DNA of 64,000 nucleotides. It comes from a virus (Duplodnaviria > Caudoviricetes). Positions 9,159-18,504 of this stretch are shown in pieces (the stretch's first letter is position 1; each line of letters begins with the position of its first letter). The notes below the pieces were generated by a model. That model saw nothing but the letters and a program-made list of their open reading frames with translations, did no database searches and was not told where the DNA came from. A program made the translations under genes and the position numbers. The stretch lies in the IMG/VR virus record IMGVR_UViG_2706796186_000001, positions 96,001-160,000 of that record. One strand, written 5' to 3'.

Positions 9159-10863
9159 CCGTTATGTCCACGGTCAAGAACTGGCAAAAAAGATGTTGGC
9201 GATTGCTCTGCGTAACCGCGTACGGGTAGCACTGCTACCCCTCGGTGAACGTGACAGTGTTCGCAAACAGAATCTGTTGTTACTGGGGCCAACTGGCTGC
9301 GGTAAAACTGCGTTGATGCGTGTATTGAAGACGCAGTTTGGTTTACCCGTGTTAGAGCTGGACATGACAGGCTTTTCTGAGACGGGCTACGTGGGGCGTA
9401 ATCTCAATACCGTGGGGACGGACTTACAAACCCTCACGCGTTCAATCGCTTTGCCGGACTGGTACGTAGAAATGCGCACCGGGATGCAGCTCGAAAAAGA
9501 CGAGCAGCGCTATACCCGTGAAGAACTCAAAGCGTTAGAAGAAAAAGAGTACGAAGTGGAAAGCGCTGCACGACAGGCGGAATGGGATGCAGGCCGTGAT
9601 GCTAAAAAGCAACACGAACAAACGCTGAAAGATTTAGGCGTGTTCCCGGACGACGATACCTACAATCATTATCGCATGGTCTATTACATGCGTGCGTTTT
9701 TAGTGGGGTATCATGCGTTAAAGAACCTGCCGTACGACGTCATTGATTTCGCGGACATTGAAATGATTCATGGGCAGAAGCTCATTGATGTCGCGAAGAC
9801 TGTGGTTGGTCTTGTCGAGAAGATGGCTGGCAGACCGATCAACAGTATCGATGATCTCAATGAAGATCTCAGCGAGCGCACCGATGAGATGATGGAGAAC
9901 AATCCTGCCTTGTTGGGTGAGTTCATGGGACTGATGGCCTACAACGAAGTGTTGGAAGCCATTATGGAACTTGGCACCGATCGCCTCAGCAGTAACCCGG
10001 CGGCGGCCTGTGTCTCCTCCAGCGATTGGTACGACGTCGCGCACTCTTTCGATGAAGCGGATGAACAGGATATCCCGCCAGGCATTGCTTGGCGTCCGAT
10101 GGACTTCACGGAGTTTGCGCTCTACATCTGTGTGATGTTGGTGCGTGACCCGGAAGGTCTGGAGGAAGTCTTCGAAGACTGTGATGACTTCACCCGCTTC
10201 GCCGACAAGAAACTTTGGAGCTACACCATCCCTAAACCGGAAGTGGTGCAGCCTAAAGGGAAGCGTAATGTGTTGTCGAAGAAAGACCTCGACAAGGTGG
10301 CGAACTGTAATGGTCGCGACTTCGTGGAGAACTTCGGGGTGGTGTTCTTAGATGAGATTGACAAACTCATTGAAACGGATACCACGGGAAGGACACACGT
10401 CTCCCGCAGCGGTGTACAGCGCAGTCTGCTCAAGATGGTAGAAGGCGGCTTGTACGCCGGGATTGACACCACGAACATTCTGTTTGTCGGTGCCGGTTCT
10501 TTCGCAGAAGCGCCTGTTACCAAACTGATGCCAGAACTGCAAGGGCGCTTTACCTTGCGTGCCGAGCTGGAACCGTTGGATAAAGAAGCACTGATTGCGA
10601 TTTGTCGAATGGATAGCAGTGAGTTCCATGCAATGGTTCGACTCTTGCGAATCGAGGGTGTGAAAGTCAACTACGACCTTGACACCTTTGAGTACATTGC
10701 AGAGAAGACCGTTGAAGCGAACTCGGTAGATAACCTCGGCGCACGGCGCTTAGCCGCGATTGTCGAAGCGTTGTTCCAAGACGCGTTGTACGAACCCAAC
10801 AAGTACACGGAAAAAGGTTACGACCTGACAGGTAAAACCCTGCGTGCTAAGGAGAAACCGTGA
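9118..10863 (+). CDS. hslU: HslU-like AAA+ ATPase (ATP-dependent protease subunit)
   Basis: LTPVEIV..YVHGQELAKK..AIALRNR, Walker A GPTGCGKT, pore loop GYVG, Walker B FLDEIDK, GVQRSLL, PELQGRF, NLGARRL. Confidence 0.9.
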   Translation: MENLTPVEIVNVFNRYVHGQELAKKMLAIALRNRVRVALLPLGERDSVRKQNLLLLGPTGCGKTALMRVLKTQFGLPVLELDMTGFSETGYVGRNLNTVGTDLQTLTRSIALPDWYVEMRTGMQLEKDEQRYTREELKALEEKEYEVESAARQAEWDAGRDAKKQHEQTLKDLGVFPDDDTYNHYRMVYYMRAFLVGYHALKNLPYDVIDFADIEMIHGQKLIDVAKTVVGLVEKMAGRPINSIDDLNEDLSERTDEMMENNPALLGEFMGLMAYNEVLEAIMELGTDRLSSNPAAACVSSSDWYDVAHSFDEADEQDIPPGIAWRPMDFTEFALYICVMLVRDPEGLEEVFEDCDDFTRFADKKLWSYTIPKPEVVQPKGKRNVLSKKDLDKVANCNGRDFVENFGVVFLDEIDKLIETDTTGRTHVSRSGVQRSLLKMVEGGLYAGIDTTNILFVGAGSFAEAPVTKLMPELQGRFTLRAELEPLDKEALIAICRMDSSEFHAMVRLLRIEGVKVNYDLDTFEYIAEKTVEANSVDNLGARRLAAIVEALFQDALYEPNKYTEKGYDLTGKTLRAKEKP

Positions 10864-11054
10864 CGTATTTGACGCTCGCAGTTGTTTGGTTGCTGGCTCT
10901 GGTGGGTGTAGGCCACTTAGCCAGTCAACTAACGATTAAGTTTAAGTGGGACATGGGCATCTCTGTTTTACTCGCGGCGGTAGGGGGTTGGGCTATAACC
11001 TTCCCCTATATCTACTTCGTTGTTGTACCACTTTATCAAAATATCGGAAATTGA
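10860..11054 (+). CDS. Small two-TM membrane protein
   Basis: GTGA overlap with hslU, AAGGAG RBS, two hydrophobic segments. Confidence 0.7.
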   Translation: MTYLTLAVVWLLALVGVGHLASQLTIKFKWDMGISVLLAAVGGWAITFPYIYFVVVPLYQNIGN

Positions 11055-11058
11055 GAAC

Positions 11059-11532
11059 ATGGAAAAGAAAACTGAACGTAACTTGATTGAAATCACAGGC
11101 AAGGGCGAAGACAACAACGGCAAGTTCTATTCCGTCGTGTTGTTAGACCAGTCCAAGATGAACGCTAATGGTCGTCAGTATAACGGCGATCTTGCGCATC
11201 TGGTGCGCGGTATCAAACGCATGCCGCGACTGTTCTGTGAAGTTGACCCGTATCACGATTACCGCTTCCAGTTCCCGGTAACCGATGACCGTTCTGTTTC
11301 TGGACCATGTACGGTCGACATGAAAAACGTTTGTGCATCTATCGAGAACATCCGTCACGATAAGATGAACCAGCGTGTGTCGGCTGAGCTGCGTCCGTGG
11401 GGCCCGCAGGCTTCGATGGTGCGTGATCTGTTGGACGGGGTCAACCAGAACGTGACCTTCGGGATGCGTGCGTTGGCAACCCCTGATGGCAAGATTGATA
11501 AAGTCATCACATGGGATTTGTTACCAGAATGA
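11059..11532 (+). CDS. Prohead protease (T4 gp21/phiKZ gp175-type)-like protein, probably inactive
   Basis: NANGRQY, LFCEVDP, VCASI, RPWGP, NVTFGMRA in the order seen in these proteases, but without the catalytic His/Ser at the expected positions. Confidence 0.55.
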   Translation: MEKKTERNLIEITGKGEDNNGKFYSVVLLDQSKMNANGRQYNGDLAHLVRGIKRMPRLFCEVDPYHDYRFQFPVTDDRSVSGPCTVDMKNVCASIENIRHDKMNQRVSAELRPWGPQASMVRDLLDGVNQNVTFGMRALATPDGKIDKVITWDLLPE

Positions 11533-11563
11533 ATATCGCCGAACTGTTCTAATGAAAAAAAGC

Positions 11564-11587
11564 TCAGATAGATATTATCTTGATGAG
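11564..11587 (+). promoter_or_regulatory. Putative phage early promoter
   Basis: TCAGATAGATATTATCTTGATGAG. Confidence 0.7.
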
Positions 11588-11657
11588 CTTTCCATTATTA
11601 GTTCCAAGGAAGGTGCGTTTTACAATTACAATAAATTAAAATAATAAGGAGTCCGTC

Positions 11658-11834
11658 ATGGATAAAATTTATATCGTTACAGCAATCCTCTTTACCATCG
11701 CCTGCTTACTCAGCTGGCGTGTATCATCTAACATGAAACGTCGTAAGTGCCCACCGGGTGCTATCGCGTTTGGTGTTCAAGCCTGTGTTTATGGTTTTGT
11801 GGCCATCTACACCGGTGTGAAGTATTTCATCTAG
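11658..11834 (+). CDS. 58-aa two-TM membrane protein (absent from ORF track)
   Basis: TAAGGAG RBS; MDKIYIVTAILFTIACLLSWRVSSNMKRRKCPPGAIAFGVQACVYGFVAIYTGVKYFI; flanked by a promoter motif and a terminator. Confidence 0.8.
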   Translation: MDKIYIVTAILFTIACLLSWRVSSNMKRRKCPPGAIAFGVQACVYGFVAIYTGVKYFI

Positions 11835-11840
11835 CAGTAA

Positions 11841-11873
11841 AAAAGGGGCACGGAAGTGTCCTTTTTCTTTTTT
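11841..11873 (+). terminator. Rho-independent terminator
   Basis: AAAAGGGGCAC-GGAA-GTGTCCTTTT plus T-tract. Confidence 0.8.
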
Positions 11874-11893
11874 CGTAAAATAAGGAGTATCAA

Positions 11894-12958
11894 ATGCCAC
11901 GTCTCTTAGCGTTTACCGGTGGAATTGATTCCACATGGGTGTTGCAGAAGTTAATTCAACAACCGTCATCCGATGGCGGTGAAGTGATTCATCCGGTGTA
12001 CATGGATTTCTATCAAGGTTCTCCGGCAGCCATTGTCGAGTTCCTGCTCGGCAGCGAAATCGCCCTGCGGCTGTTAAAGCACAACAAAGACAATTATAAA
12101 GAGCCGCTGGAATGGCGCTCACCCCCGTTGCAAATTTTCACCAGCTGTATTATCGGTCGCTCAAACGGAAACGAAAGTCGCCTGATTCAACAGGGTAACA
12201 CCGTGTTGGGTTTGGCACACCTGATGAATGCGGTACAAGCTCGCCATCCGGGGTCTACCGCCTTAACCGGCTGGAACAAAGCCGATTTCATTGAAAACAG
12301 TGCGCTGCAAGGCGAGTGGTCTGAAGAGGATTACCTGCGCCTGAAAAAACTCTACAGTGAAATGATGTTCTTCCAAGACCATCACTATCGCTGTTCTCCA
12401 CTTCTCACCCCGGCGTGGGATATGGAGAAGAAAGACATGTGGGATGCACTCCCGACTGATGTGCAAGAACTGATCACTGTGTGTTCAACCTACATGTTTA
12501 AGATTTACCATGTTAAGTCCGAGAACGCGCTGTACATCTCCTGTAACCCACAACACTTCGGTAAGTCTGTGCGGTATCTGGCCCGTGGGATTAACCTCAC
12601 GGCTGCCTGGCGTATAGCGATTGACGACGAGTTCCATCGCCGTCTTAACACAGACAACGTCCCGAGTAACCACTTCGCTGGAAGCTTCCCAAGTGAGTTG
12701 CTATCGTCGACCGAAACGAAGCACCGGCCATCACTGCGCATGCGTTCCGATGACCGCAACCTGCAAATCGAAGCCTACAGTATCGATGAGTGGAAAACGA
12801 AGTTTGACCATGTAGAAGATATGCTAAAGGTGGAACGTGAACGAGAACAAGCCGAGTACCGTGCCCAGCGAGAAAAAGAGAAAGCTGAAAGTCCGGACAG
12901 TGCAAATCGCGAAGTGGCGGAAGGCGAAGTCGCTGTTTCCAGCGGTGCCGCTGATTGA
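11894..12958 (+). CDS. PP-loop ATPase, QueC-like
   Basis: N-terminal LLAFTGGIDST (SGGxDS-type PP-loop), IHPVYMD, LLTPAWDMEKKD..ELITVC; full QueC Zn-binding Cys cluster not evident. Confidence 0.6.
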   Translation: MPRLLAFTGGIDSTWVLQKLIQQPSSDGGEVIHPVYMDFYQGSPAAIVEFLLGSEIALRLLKHNKDNYKEPLEWRSPPLQIFTSCIIGRSNGNESRLIQQGNTVLGLAHLMNAVQARHPGSTALTGWNKADFIENSALQGEWSEEDYLRLKKLYSEMMFFQDHHYRCSPLLTPAWDMEKKDMWDALPTDVQELITVCSTYMFKIYHVKSENALYISCNPQHFGKSVRYLARGINLTAAWRIAIDDEFHRRLNTDNVPSNHFAGSFPSELLSSTETKHRPSLRMRSDDRNLQIEAYSIDEWKTKFDHVEDMLKVEREREQAEYRAQREKEKAESPDSANREVAEGEVAVSSGAAD

Positions 12959-13262
12959 TGTCACGGTTAAATCCGGTATCAAAGCCTTAGCCCCAACGTG
13001 GGACTTTCTGATGGTGTACAAGAACTCCGACAAAGGTCCCGAGGCTGAAGACGCCTACACGAAAAAATATAAAAGCAGAATCCAACAGCTCAAACAGGAT
13101 GACCCTGATGTGATGTTGGAACTGCTGTATCAGGATGAGATTATCCTGATGTGTTATTGCCCGTCCGGTAAGTTTTGTCACCGGCTTTTATTAGTTGATG
13201 AGTTCAAAGCCTTAGGCGATGAACACAATGTCGAAGTAACCTACGAAGGAGAAATCACATGA
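12837..13262 (+). CDS. DUF488/YeaO-like protein
   Basis: ALAPTWD and LMCYC..FCHRLLL motifs; start uncertain, overlaps the upstream gene. Confidence 0.6.
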   Translation: MNENKPSTVPSEKKRKLKVRTVQIAKWRKAKSLFPAVPLIDVTVKSGIKALAPTWDFLMVYKNSDKGPEAEDAYTKKYKSRIQQLKQDDPDVMLELLYQDEIILMCYCPSGKFCHRLLLVDEFKALGDEHNVEVTYEGEIT

Positions 13263-13651
13263 GTTTTGATATCAAGAACGACACCCTGCGCATCATTGTT
13301 CCGGTCGGCACTATTCCCGGTCGTGAAATCCCACTTTTTGAAAACGCCACGGCGTTAGCCAAAGAAGCTTTCGAAGCTGCGGGTTTCGAGAAAGTGGAAC
13401 TGGTTGAGAAACCGGCAGCGTTTTTCACCCGTGCTTACAGCGACAGCGGGCAGGCTTGGGCTGCACTGTATAACTACGGTTTGGTATTACGCTCGTCGTT
13501 TACGCCGTACGTCACCATTGAAGAACTGCAAAAGCACGCAGCCATCATCAATGTGTGGCATGACATCTTCAGCCACAAAATCCCAACGGATACACTGATC
13601 AGATTCTCGCCGACCCTGACCATGATTGCCGTTAACGATTTGGCCAAATAA
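13259..13651 (+). CDS. Hypothetical protein
   Basis: AAGGAG RBS, ATGA overlap. Confidence 0.75.
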   Translation: MSFDIKNDTLRIIVPVGTIPGREIPLFENATALAKEAFEAAGFEKVELVEKPAAFFTRAYSDSGQAWAALYNYGLVLRSSFTPYVTIEELQKHAAIINVWHDIFSHKIPTDTLIRFSPTLTMIAVNDLAK

Positions 13652-13676
13652 ATTAGCACCCACAAGGAGTATCAAC

Positions 13677-14579
13677 ATGCAGGCTCAATTTATCCGCGTA
13701 CCGTTGTTTTCGAAAAATACCATCTCCGACAACATTGTTCTTCAGAATCTAATCGATACCACCCACAAACTTTATACGCTGGCGAAAGACAAGTTTCCGC
13801 ACATCGAGGGCTATAGCGTCCCCGAAGAAACACGCACTTACGTACTGATGGAGAAGTACGCCCGTCCGGCTTACCGCGCATTATCGACGCTGGCACCCGA
13901 TTCGGAAGAAGCAGCGAAAATCATTGCGTTATTGCACGAAGTCTATTGTGGTATCGCGGCGGACGATTGTGTAAACGTCGAACCGACGCCAGCGATGCTG
14001 TTGGCTATCAACAATCAGCACCTCCAGTCTGACATGTACATGCGTGCTGTGTTAGAAAGTAAACCTGGGTTCATGCGCAGGAGTATTGCTAACAACGGGC
14101 CGCGCGTTAAAAACCCTATCAATAAGGATATCACGCTTATCGGTGTCGCGGATATGCCTGCCGATATGCAAAAGGCTATTCTCGAAACGATGGCGCGGTT
14201 TAACGCAGGCAGAAACACGTTGTTGACTGGCCGCGACCGTAACATTATTACCGGTCCGGTGAGTTTCAATTTGAATTACCTCGGCGACGGTAAGTGGGAA
14301 GCCGATATCCACATTGTGGCTCAATCAGTTTCCGGACAGATCTGGCAGTTCATCATTGAACGTCTGAAGGCAGACACTGATTCAACCGAAGATAAATATA
14401 TCATCAACGGTGATAAAATGGTTATCGAGATGGCCCAAATGTTGCCGGAACGTCAGATGAGTGATGTTGTTATCAAACTGGTCACCAATGGTCTCAAAAA
14501 CACCATTATCCATGCCCTGTTGGATATCAGCAAAAACCGTTATCAAAATGAAATTATTCTTCGTTCCCTGAAGAAATAA
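13677..14579 (+). CDS. Hypothetical protein
   Basis: AAGGAG RBS before the ATG at 13677. Confidence 0.8.
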   Translation: MQAQFIRVPLFSKNTISDNIVLQNLIDTTHKLYTLAKDKFPHIEGYSVPEETRTYVLMEKYARPAYRALSTLAPDSEEAAKIIALLHEVYCGIAADDCVNVEPTPAMLLAINNQHLQSDMYMRAVLESKPGFMRRSIANNGPRVKNPINKDITLIGVADMPADMQKAILETMARFNAGRNTLLTGRDRNIITGPVSFNLNYLGDGKWEADIHIVAQSVSGQIWQFIIERLKADTDSTEDKYIINGDKMVIEMAQMLPERQMSDVVIKLVTNGLKNTIIHALLDISKNRYQNEIILRSLKK

Positions 14580-14603
14580 GCAGTCCCCACAAGGAGTATA
14601 AAA

Positions 14604-15122
14604 ATGGAAATGAACTTTTACACTAAGCGAGAGTTAACGCACCTCGCAATGTTAAAACAACCGGGTATGGCCATTGACCCGGAAATCAAGATTGACCCGC
14701 TCAAAGAAGAAATCGCGTTGAGCTACCCGGAAGCCGAGTGGAACGACTGGTACTGCAAGGTGAAGATGGTGTCTTACGCGCTTCTGGAGCTGGCACGCTA
14801 CAACACCTGCAAACGTTTGCAAGGTTGGGTCTGGTATGTGCCCCGTACGCCGTCTCAGTTAGCCTTTGAGACAAATCCCGAAGAGAAGGTGGCTATCCGC
14901 CCAGTCATCCACCCTGAGCGCTTAGAGGTCCATCTGGAAGCGATTTGGAACCGTCCGCGTACGGAGCTGGCGGAAATCGTTCGCATTATCCAGCGGGTTG
15001 AGATGCCGGGACTGACGTGGGTAACCTGGGACTCGGTTGATGTCAACAAAAACTTCTGGGTATTAAGCTGGGTCGGTGGACCGTTCCATAACCACAACCA
15101 TATCTACCTGAACCGGAGATAG
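14604..15122 (+). CDS. Hypothetical protein
   Basis: AAGGAG RBS, 172 aa. Confidence 0.75.
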   Translation: MEMNFYTKRELTHLAMLKQPGMAIDPEIKIDPLKEEIALSYPEAEWNDWYCKVKMVSYALLELARYNTCKRLQGWVWYVPRTPSQLAFETNPEEKVAIRPVIHPERLEVHLEAIWNRPRTELAEIVRIIQRVEMPGLTWVTWDSVDVNKNFWVLSWVGGPFHNHNHIYLNRR

Positions 15123-15126
15123 CCCG

Positions 15127-15402
15127 ATGCTTGACCGTCTGCTCTCCTTGATTAACAAACGTCAGCGTGACCTCTTTCAGCGTAACCTGCGTCTGGAAGA
15201 ACAAAAGCTGGAAGCGGAACAGCGTGTCCGTGCGCTCGAAAAGGTGGTGTTGGAAATGACCGACGTCGCGATATCGCATTGCGTGGTGATAAAAGCCGGT
15301 GTCGAGCGCAGTGACGGGCCATCCATTCGCCTGTCGACCGATACGCTCCATCAGCGCATGGTGGGCTACCGTACCAAAGTCAAAGAACTGGATTATTTCT
15401 GA
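15127..15402 (+). CDS. Hypothetical coiled-coil protein
   Basis: GGAG RBS; heptad-like LEEQKLEAEQRVRALE. Confidence 0.7.
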   Translation: MLDRLLSLINKRQRDLFQRNLRLEEQKLEAEQRVRALEKVVLEMTDVAISHCVVIKAGVERSDGPSIRLSTDTLHQRMVGYRTKVKELDYF

Positions 15403-15728
15403 TGAAAGATGTAACGCCTTTTGATGCCAAGTCACTCGGTGGGATGTCGCCAGAGCAATCGCTTTCCTACCTCGCAAGGGGTGGGAAGATTCTGGATGAC
15501 ACCGACACAGCTGACCGGTTGTTAACCATGATGGTGCCCCTGCGTGATAACTACTACGAGATTGTGCCGCTCGCAACCGAGTATGTGGTACGCACGCCGG
15601 GGCGTGAATACGAAGCATTGAGAGCGCCTCGCAGCGTAGGCGGGGTGATTCTATTGATGCGTAACTTTAACGACGCTGTAGAGCGCTGTGGGCTGTATAT
15701 CGCCACAGGTGGAACGGGACACTACTAA
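15402..15728 (+). CDS. Hypothetical protein
   Basis: TGATG translational coupling. Confidence 0.7.
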   Translation: MKDVTPFDAKSLGGMSPEQSLSYLARGGKILDDTDTADRLLTMMVPLRDNYYEIVPLATEYVVRTPGREYEALRAPRSVGGVILLMRNFNDAVERCGLYIATGGTGHY

Positions 15729-16147
15729 TGTTTGGATGGCTTACACGACTGTCGAAATTGAAGCAGGAAAACGCCGAGCTAAAAGAGTTGGTGGTAACGC
15801 TGCGGGAACTCAATGAAACTGATGAACGTATGCTTGCATCCACCATGGCTTCCTTAAATGATGACATGATGCGCGGGCGCGTATGGGTCGAGTCATACCG
15901 GTGGCACATTTGCCGGATGAACGAATCCACGCAGAAGTACATCAAGGAATACGAGGAGTCGTATCAAAATACCGCCAAAGAACGAAACATCCACATTAAT
16001 CACGAACCGATACCGACGTTCGATTTCCCGACCTCACCACCGGACGAAATTGTTGTACGTCCCCGTGATAAGTACCGTACGCCGATTCGTGGCACAATAG
16101 AGATTAAAGATCTCAGCACGTATATTCAACCAAAAAAGGAACAGTGA
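15728..16147 (+). CDS. Hypothetical protein
   Basis: TAATG translational coupling. Confidence 0.7.
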   Translation: MFGWLTRLSKLKQENAELKELVVTLRELNETDERMLASTMASLNDDMMRGRVWVESYRWHICRMNESTQKYIKEYEESYQNTAKERNIHINHEPIPTFDFPTSPPDEIVVRPRDKYRTPIRGTIEIKDLSTYIQPKKEQ

Positions 16148-16566
16148 TGTACCAACTGACATTGTCAAACGGTTTAACAGTTAGCTTAGTTCAACCCACG
16201 GTTGAAGATGTGCGCAAGTTCACCCACAACCAGCGCGATGCCCGCACGTCGCAGACTATGTGGATTCTCAGCGAAAACGGTGAGTTTATCTTACCGAAGT
16301 TTGTGAAATCGGAGCGCGGTGAACATCTCGCGATTAACCGTTTTCTTGACCGGATGCAAAAGGTCGGTACGGAATATGGCTTAGCCGTGTGTACTGCGGA
16401 ACTGCCGGACGACCTCGTGCTGATGTCAGATGAGCTGATGCACCTGTCCGTTGAGTATTTGGCGATTATCGATAACTATTGTAAGTACCCGAATGCCCGT
16501 ACGTTCATCATGATGTCGAACATGGCGTCGCATCTTTGGAACGTGCACCACCGCAAGAAACACTAA
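16147..16566 (+). CDS. Hypothetical protein
   Basis: TGATG coupling, AAGGA RBS. Confidence 0.7.
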   Translation: MYQLTLSNGLTVSLVQPTVEDVRKFTHNQRDARTSQTMWILSENGEFILPKFVKSERGEHLAINRFLDRMQKVGTEYGLAVCTAELPDDLVLMSDELMHLSVEYLAIIDNYCKYPNARTFIMMSNMASHLWNVHHRKKH

Positions 16567-16590
16567 GAGTAACCTAAAAGGAGTATTAAA

Positions 16591-17931
16591 ATGTTGAAAC
16601 CTCGTAAAGCAAAAACCGGTCTGGTAATCGTTACTCGCTATTCTGCGGGACTCCGTGGATTCCCAGAAGGGTTTGCGGTGTACTTGGGCAAGAAACTTGT
16701 TCGCTACATCGATGGCGTAGAAGTCGGTGAGATTGTGGGGCCATTAGGTGCACCTACCTTACCGGTCTTTAACCTGCCGAAAACCACCCGTGTGATATAT
16801 CGCCAATTACAGAATATGTTTTGTCGTGCGACCATCGGCATGGGTACCAAATACTACGGCCTGCGTAAGTTAAAGCCGGTCGCTAAAAAGAAAGACACCT
16901 ACATGGAAGAGTTGCAGGAGTCACTGTTCGGTAAACCGGATTACAGTCACATCGGTATTAACGCCAACCGTGACGCGGGTATGCAAACGTCGATGGACAC
17001 GCTGTTTAAGGGCGGGATTCACAACGGTAATGACAAACTGGCCCGTAAGATTGCCAATAACCCCGGTGTGTCCGGTGCGTTTGATAATCGTGTTGCCGGA
17101 CTGCTTCAGCAAGGTACGGGACATTCTTTACTGACAAGTGACTGTCGCTCCATCCGGTCTATTGCGTTGCAGATGGCGCAGCACAATGTCGATACGGCTA
17201 TGCGTAAGTTGAACTTCTCTAACGTTACGGTGCTGTACAGCACCGACGTGTTGAAGGATGTCGAGAACGAACTCCGTACCTGTCACGATGATCGTAACCA
17301 CATCAACCGAATGCTTGAGCTTCGTAAAACGCTGCCGTTAGCGGGTACCTACACACTCGTTGATGATCTGGTTAAGCTACCGCTGATGTCTCAATTGACT
17401 GAGTCTATCTGCGCAGCCGGTAAACGGGCAATGGCAGAACTGCCAACGGAAGACGCCGCTGAGTTGGATGACCCGACTCCAGAGACGTTAGTGGACTGGC
17501 TGATTCTGTTCGGTTCACTAAACCAACCGAAGACGGTGGACTATCTTTCCACGTTGAACGTCGGTGGCAGTGGGATCTCTTCTGAGGAAACGGCGGCGTT
17601 GTATAAGCGCATTCGTGAGCGTGCTGGAATTAACGATGGGGATGAAGCAGTTGCCAGAACGGTGGCGATGGCACGGGCAATTAGTCCGCACCTTCACGAC
17701 CCTTATGCTTACTCACGCGCGTTGCGTAACGGCGAACCTGTGCTGTACATGGATCTCGAAATGCCGACGGATACCAGTAAGCTCAAAGACCTGTTGGTCA
17801 AGGAAGAAGATTTGCCTAAGTTGATGGCCAACTACATCAAGGTTCGCCAAGGGGGCAAAGGCGAGATGTTCACCCTCGACTCTATCCCTCGTGAAAACAG
17901 CTTATTGAAGGACGAAGACGACAATGCTTAA
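16591..17931 (+). CDS. Hypothetical protein
   Basis: AAGGAG RBS, 446 aa. Confidence 0.8.
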   Translation: MLKPRKAKTGLVIVTRYSAGLRGFPEGFAVYLGKKLVRYIDGVEVGEIVGPLGAPTLPVFNLPKTTRVIYRQLQNMFCRATIGMGTKYYGLRKLKPVAKKKDTYMEELQESLFGKPDYSHIGINANRDAGMQTSMDTLFKGGIHNGNDKLARKIANNPGVSGAFDNRVAGLLQQGTGHSLLTSDCRSIRSIALQMAQHNVDTAMRKLNFSNVTVLYSTDVLKDVENELRTCHDDRNHINRMLELRKTLPLAGTYTLVDDLVKLPLMSQLTESICAAGKRAMAELPTEDAAELDDPTPETLVDWLILFGSLNQPKTVDYLSTLNVGGSGISSEETAALYKRIRERAGINDGDEAVARTVAMARAISPHLHDPYAYSRALRNGEPVLYMDLEMPTDTSKLKDLLVKEEDLPKLMANYIKVRQGGKGEMFTLDSIPRENSLLKDEDDNA

Positions 17932-18496
17932 ACCGAAGAAACGCAAGGACCGTGTATACTTGATGCGGGCAACGAACGGCGGTTATGTGGTGCGCAGCGA
18001 AACCAAACGACGCGCGCTCACCCAAGACGCTATCGATGGCATCCTGTTGGTCTACAGTCCAGAGTACAGTTATCCGTGCGCAAACCGTGTAGTGCGATTA
18101 GTTCTGGATATGGTTTACCGGAACAATCGTAAGAAGGTTATGTTGAAAGAGTTCTCGTGGGAAACCTTCACGCCAAGTCCGGAGAAGTTCCGAGTCCCGA
18201 CTGATGGTGTGATGGGTCGTGAGTTGGATTGGAGTCGACTTTTGACGAAGCCGGTTATCTCTGAGAACGCGAAAGCGGCGATTGGGGGTTTGGAAATCAA
18301 AGGTGTGCAGCTGAAGCAATCGAAGCTTAAAACTGACGACATCCAAGAACTGGTTAAAGAGTTCGGGGTTGTCGCGGAGCAGCAACTGATTGACCGCTTC
18401 ATGCGAAACGAACAACCTACCCAAGAAGAGTATGAGCAGGCGCAGGCTATCGGCCGTTTGATGCTCCACCGCTGGTTAGAAAAGCAGAACTGTTAA
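17924..18496 (+). CDS. Hypothetical protein
   Basis: 190 aa, overlaps the upstream stop, followed by a terminator. Confidence 0.75.
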   Translation: MLKPKKRKDRVYLMRATNGGYVVRSETKRRALTQDAIDGILLVYSPEYSYPCANRVVRLVLDMVYRNNRKKVMLKEFSWETFTPSPEKFRVPTDGVMGRELDWSRLLTKPVISENAKAAIGGLEIKGVQLKQSKLKTDDIQELVKEFGVVAEQQLIDRFMRNEQPTQEEYEQAQAIGRLMLHRWLEKQNC

Positions 18497-18504
18497 AAGG
18501 CAGT

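Noticed and set aside
9440-10310. Intein in the HslU-like gene
   Set aside because: No intein terminal motifs (C/S start with HN end) or LAGLIDADG blocks are visible; the insert sits where the I-domain normally is.
11539-11553. 15-nt exact repeat CCGAACTGTTCTAAT, also at 19058-19072
   Set aside because: A few 15-mer matches are expected by chance in 64 kb, and the contexts differ.
16591-18496. Adjacent genes both start MLKP[RK]K.K
   Set aside because: Similarity does not convincingly extend beyond the first residues, so paralogy is unsupported.
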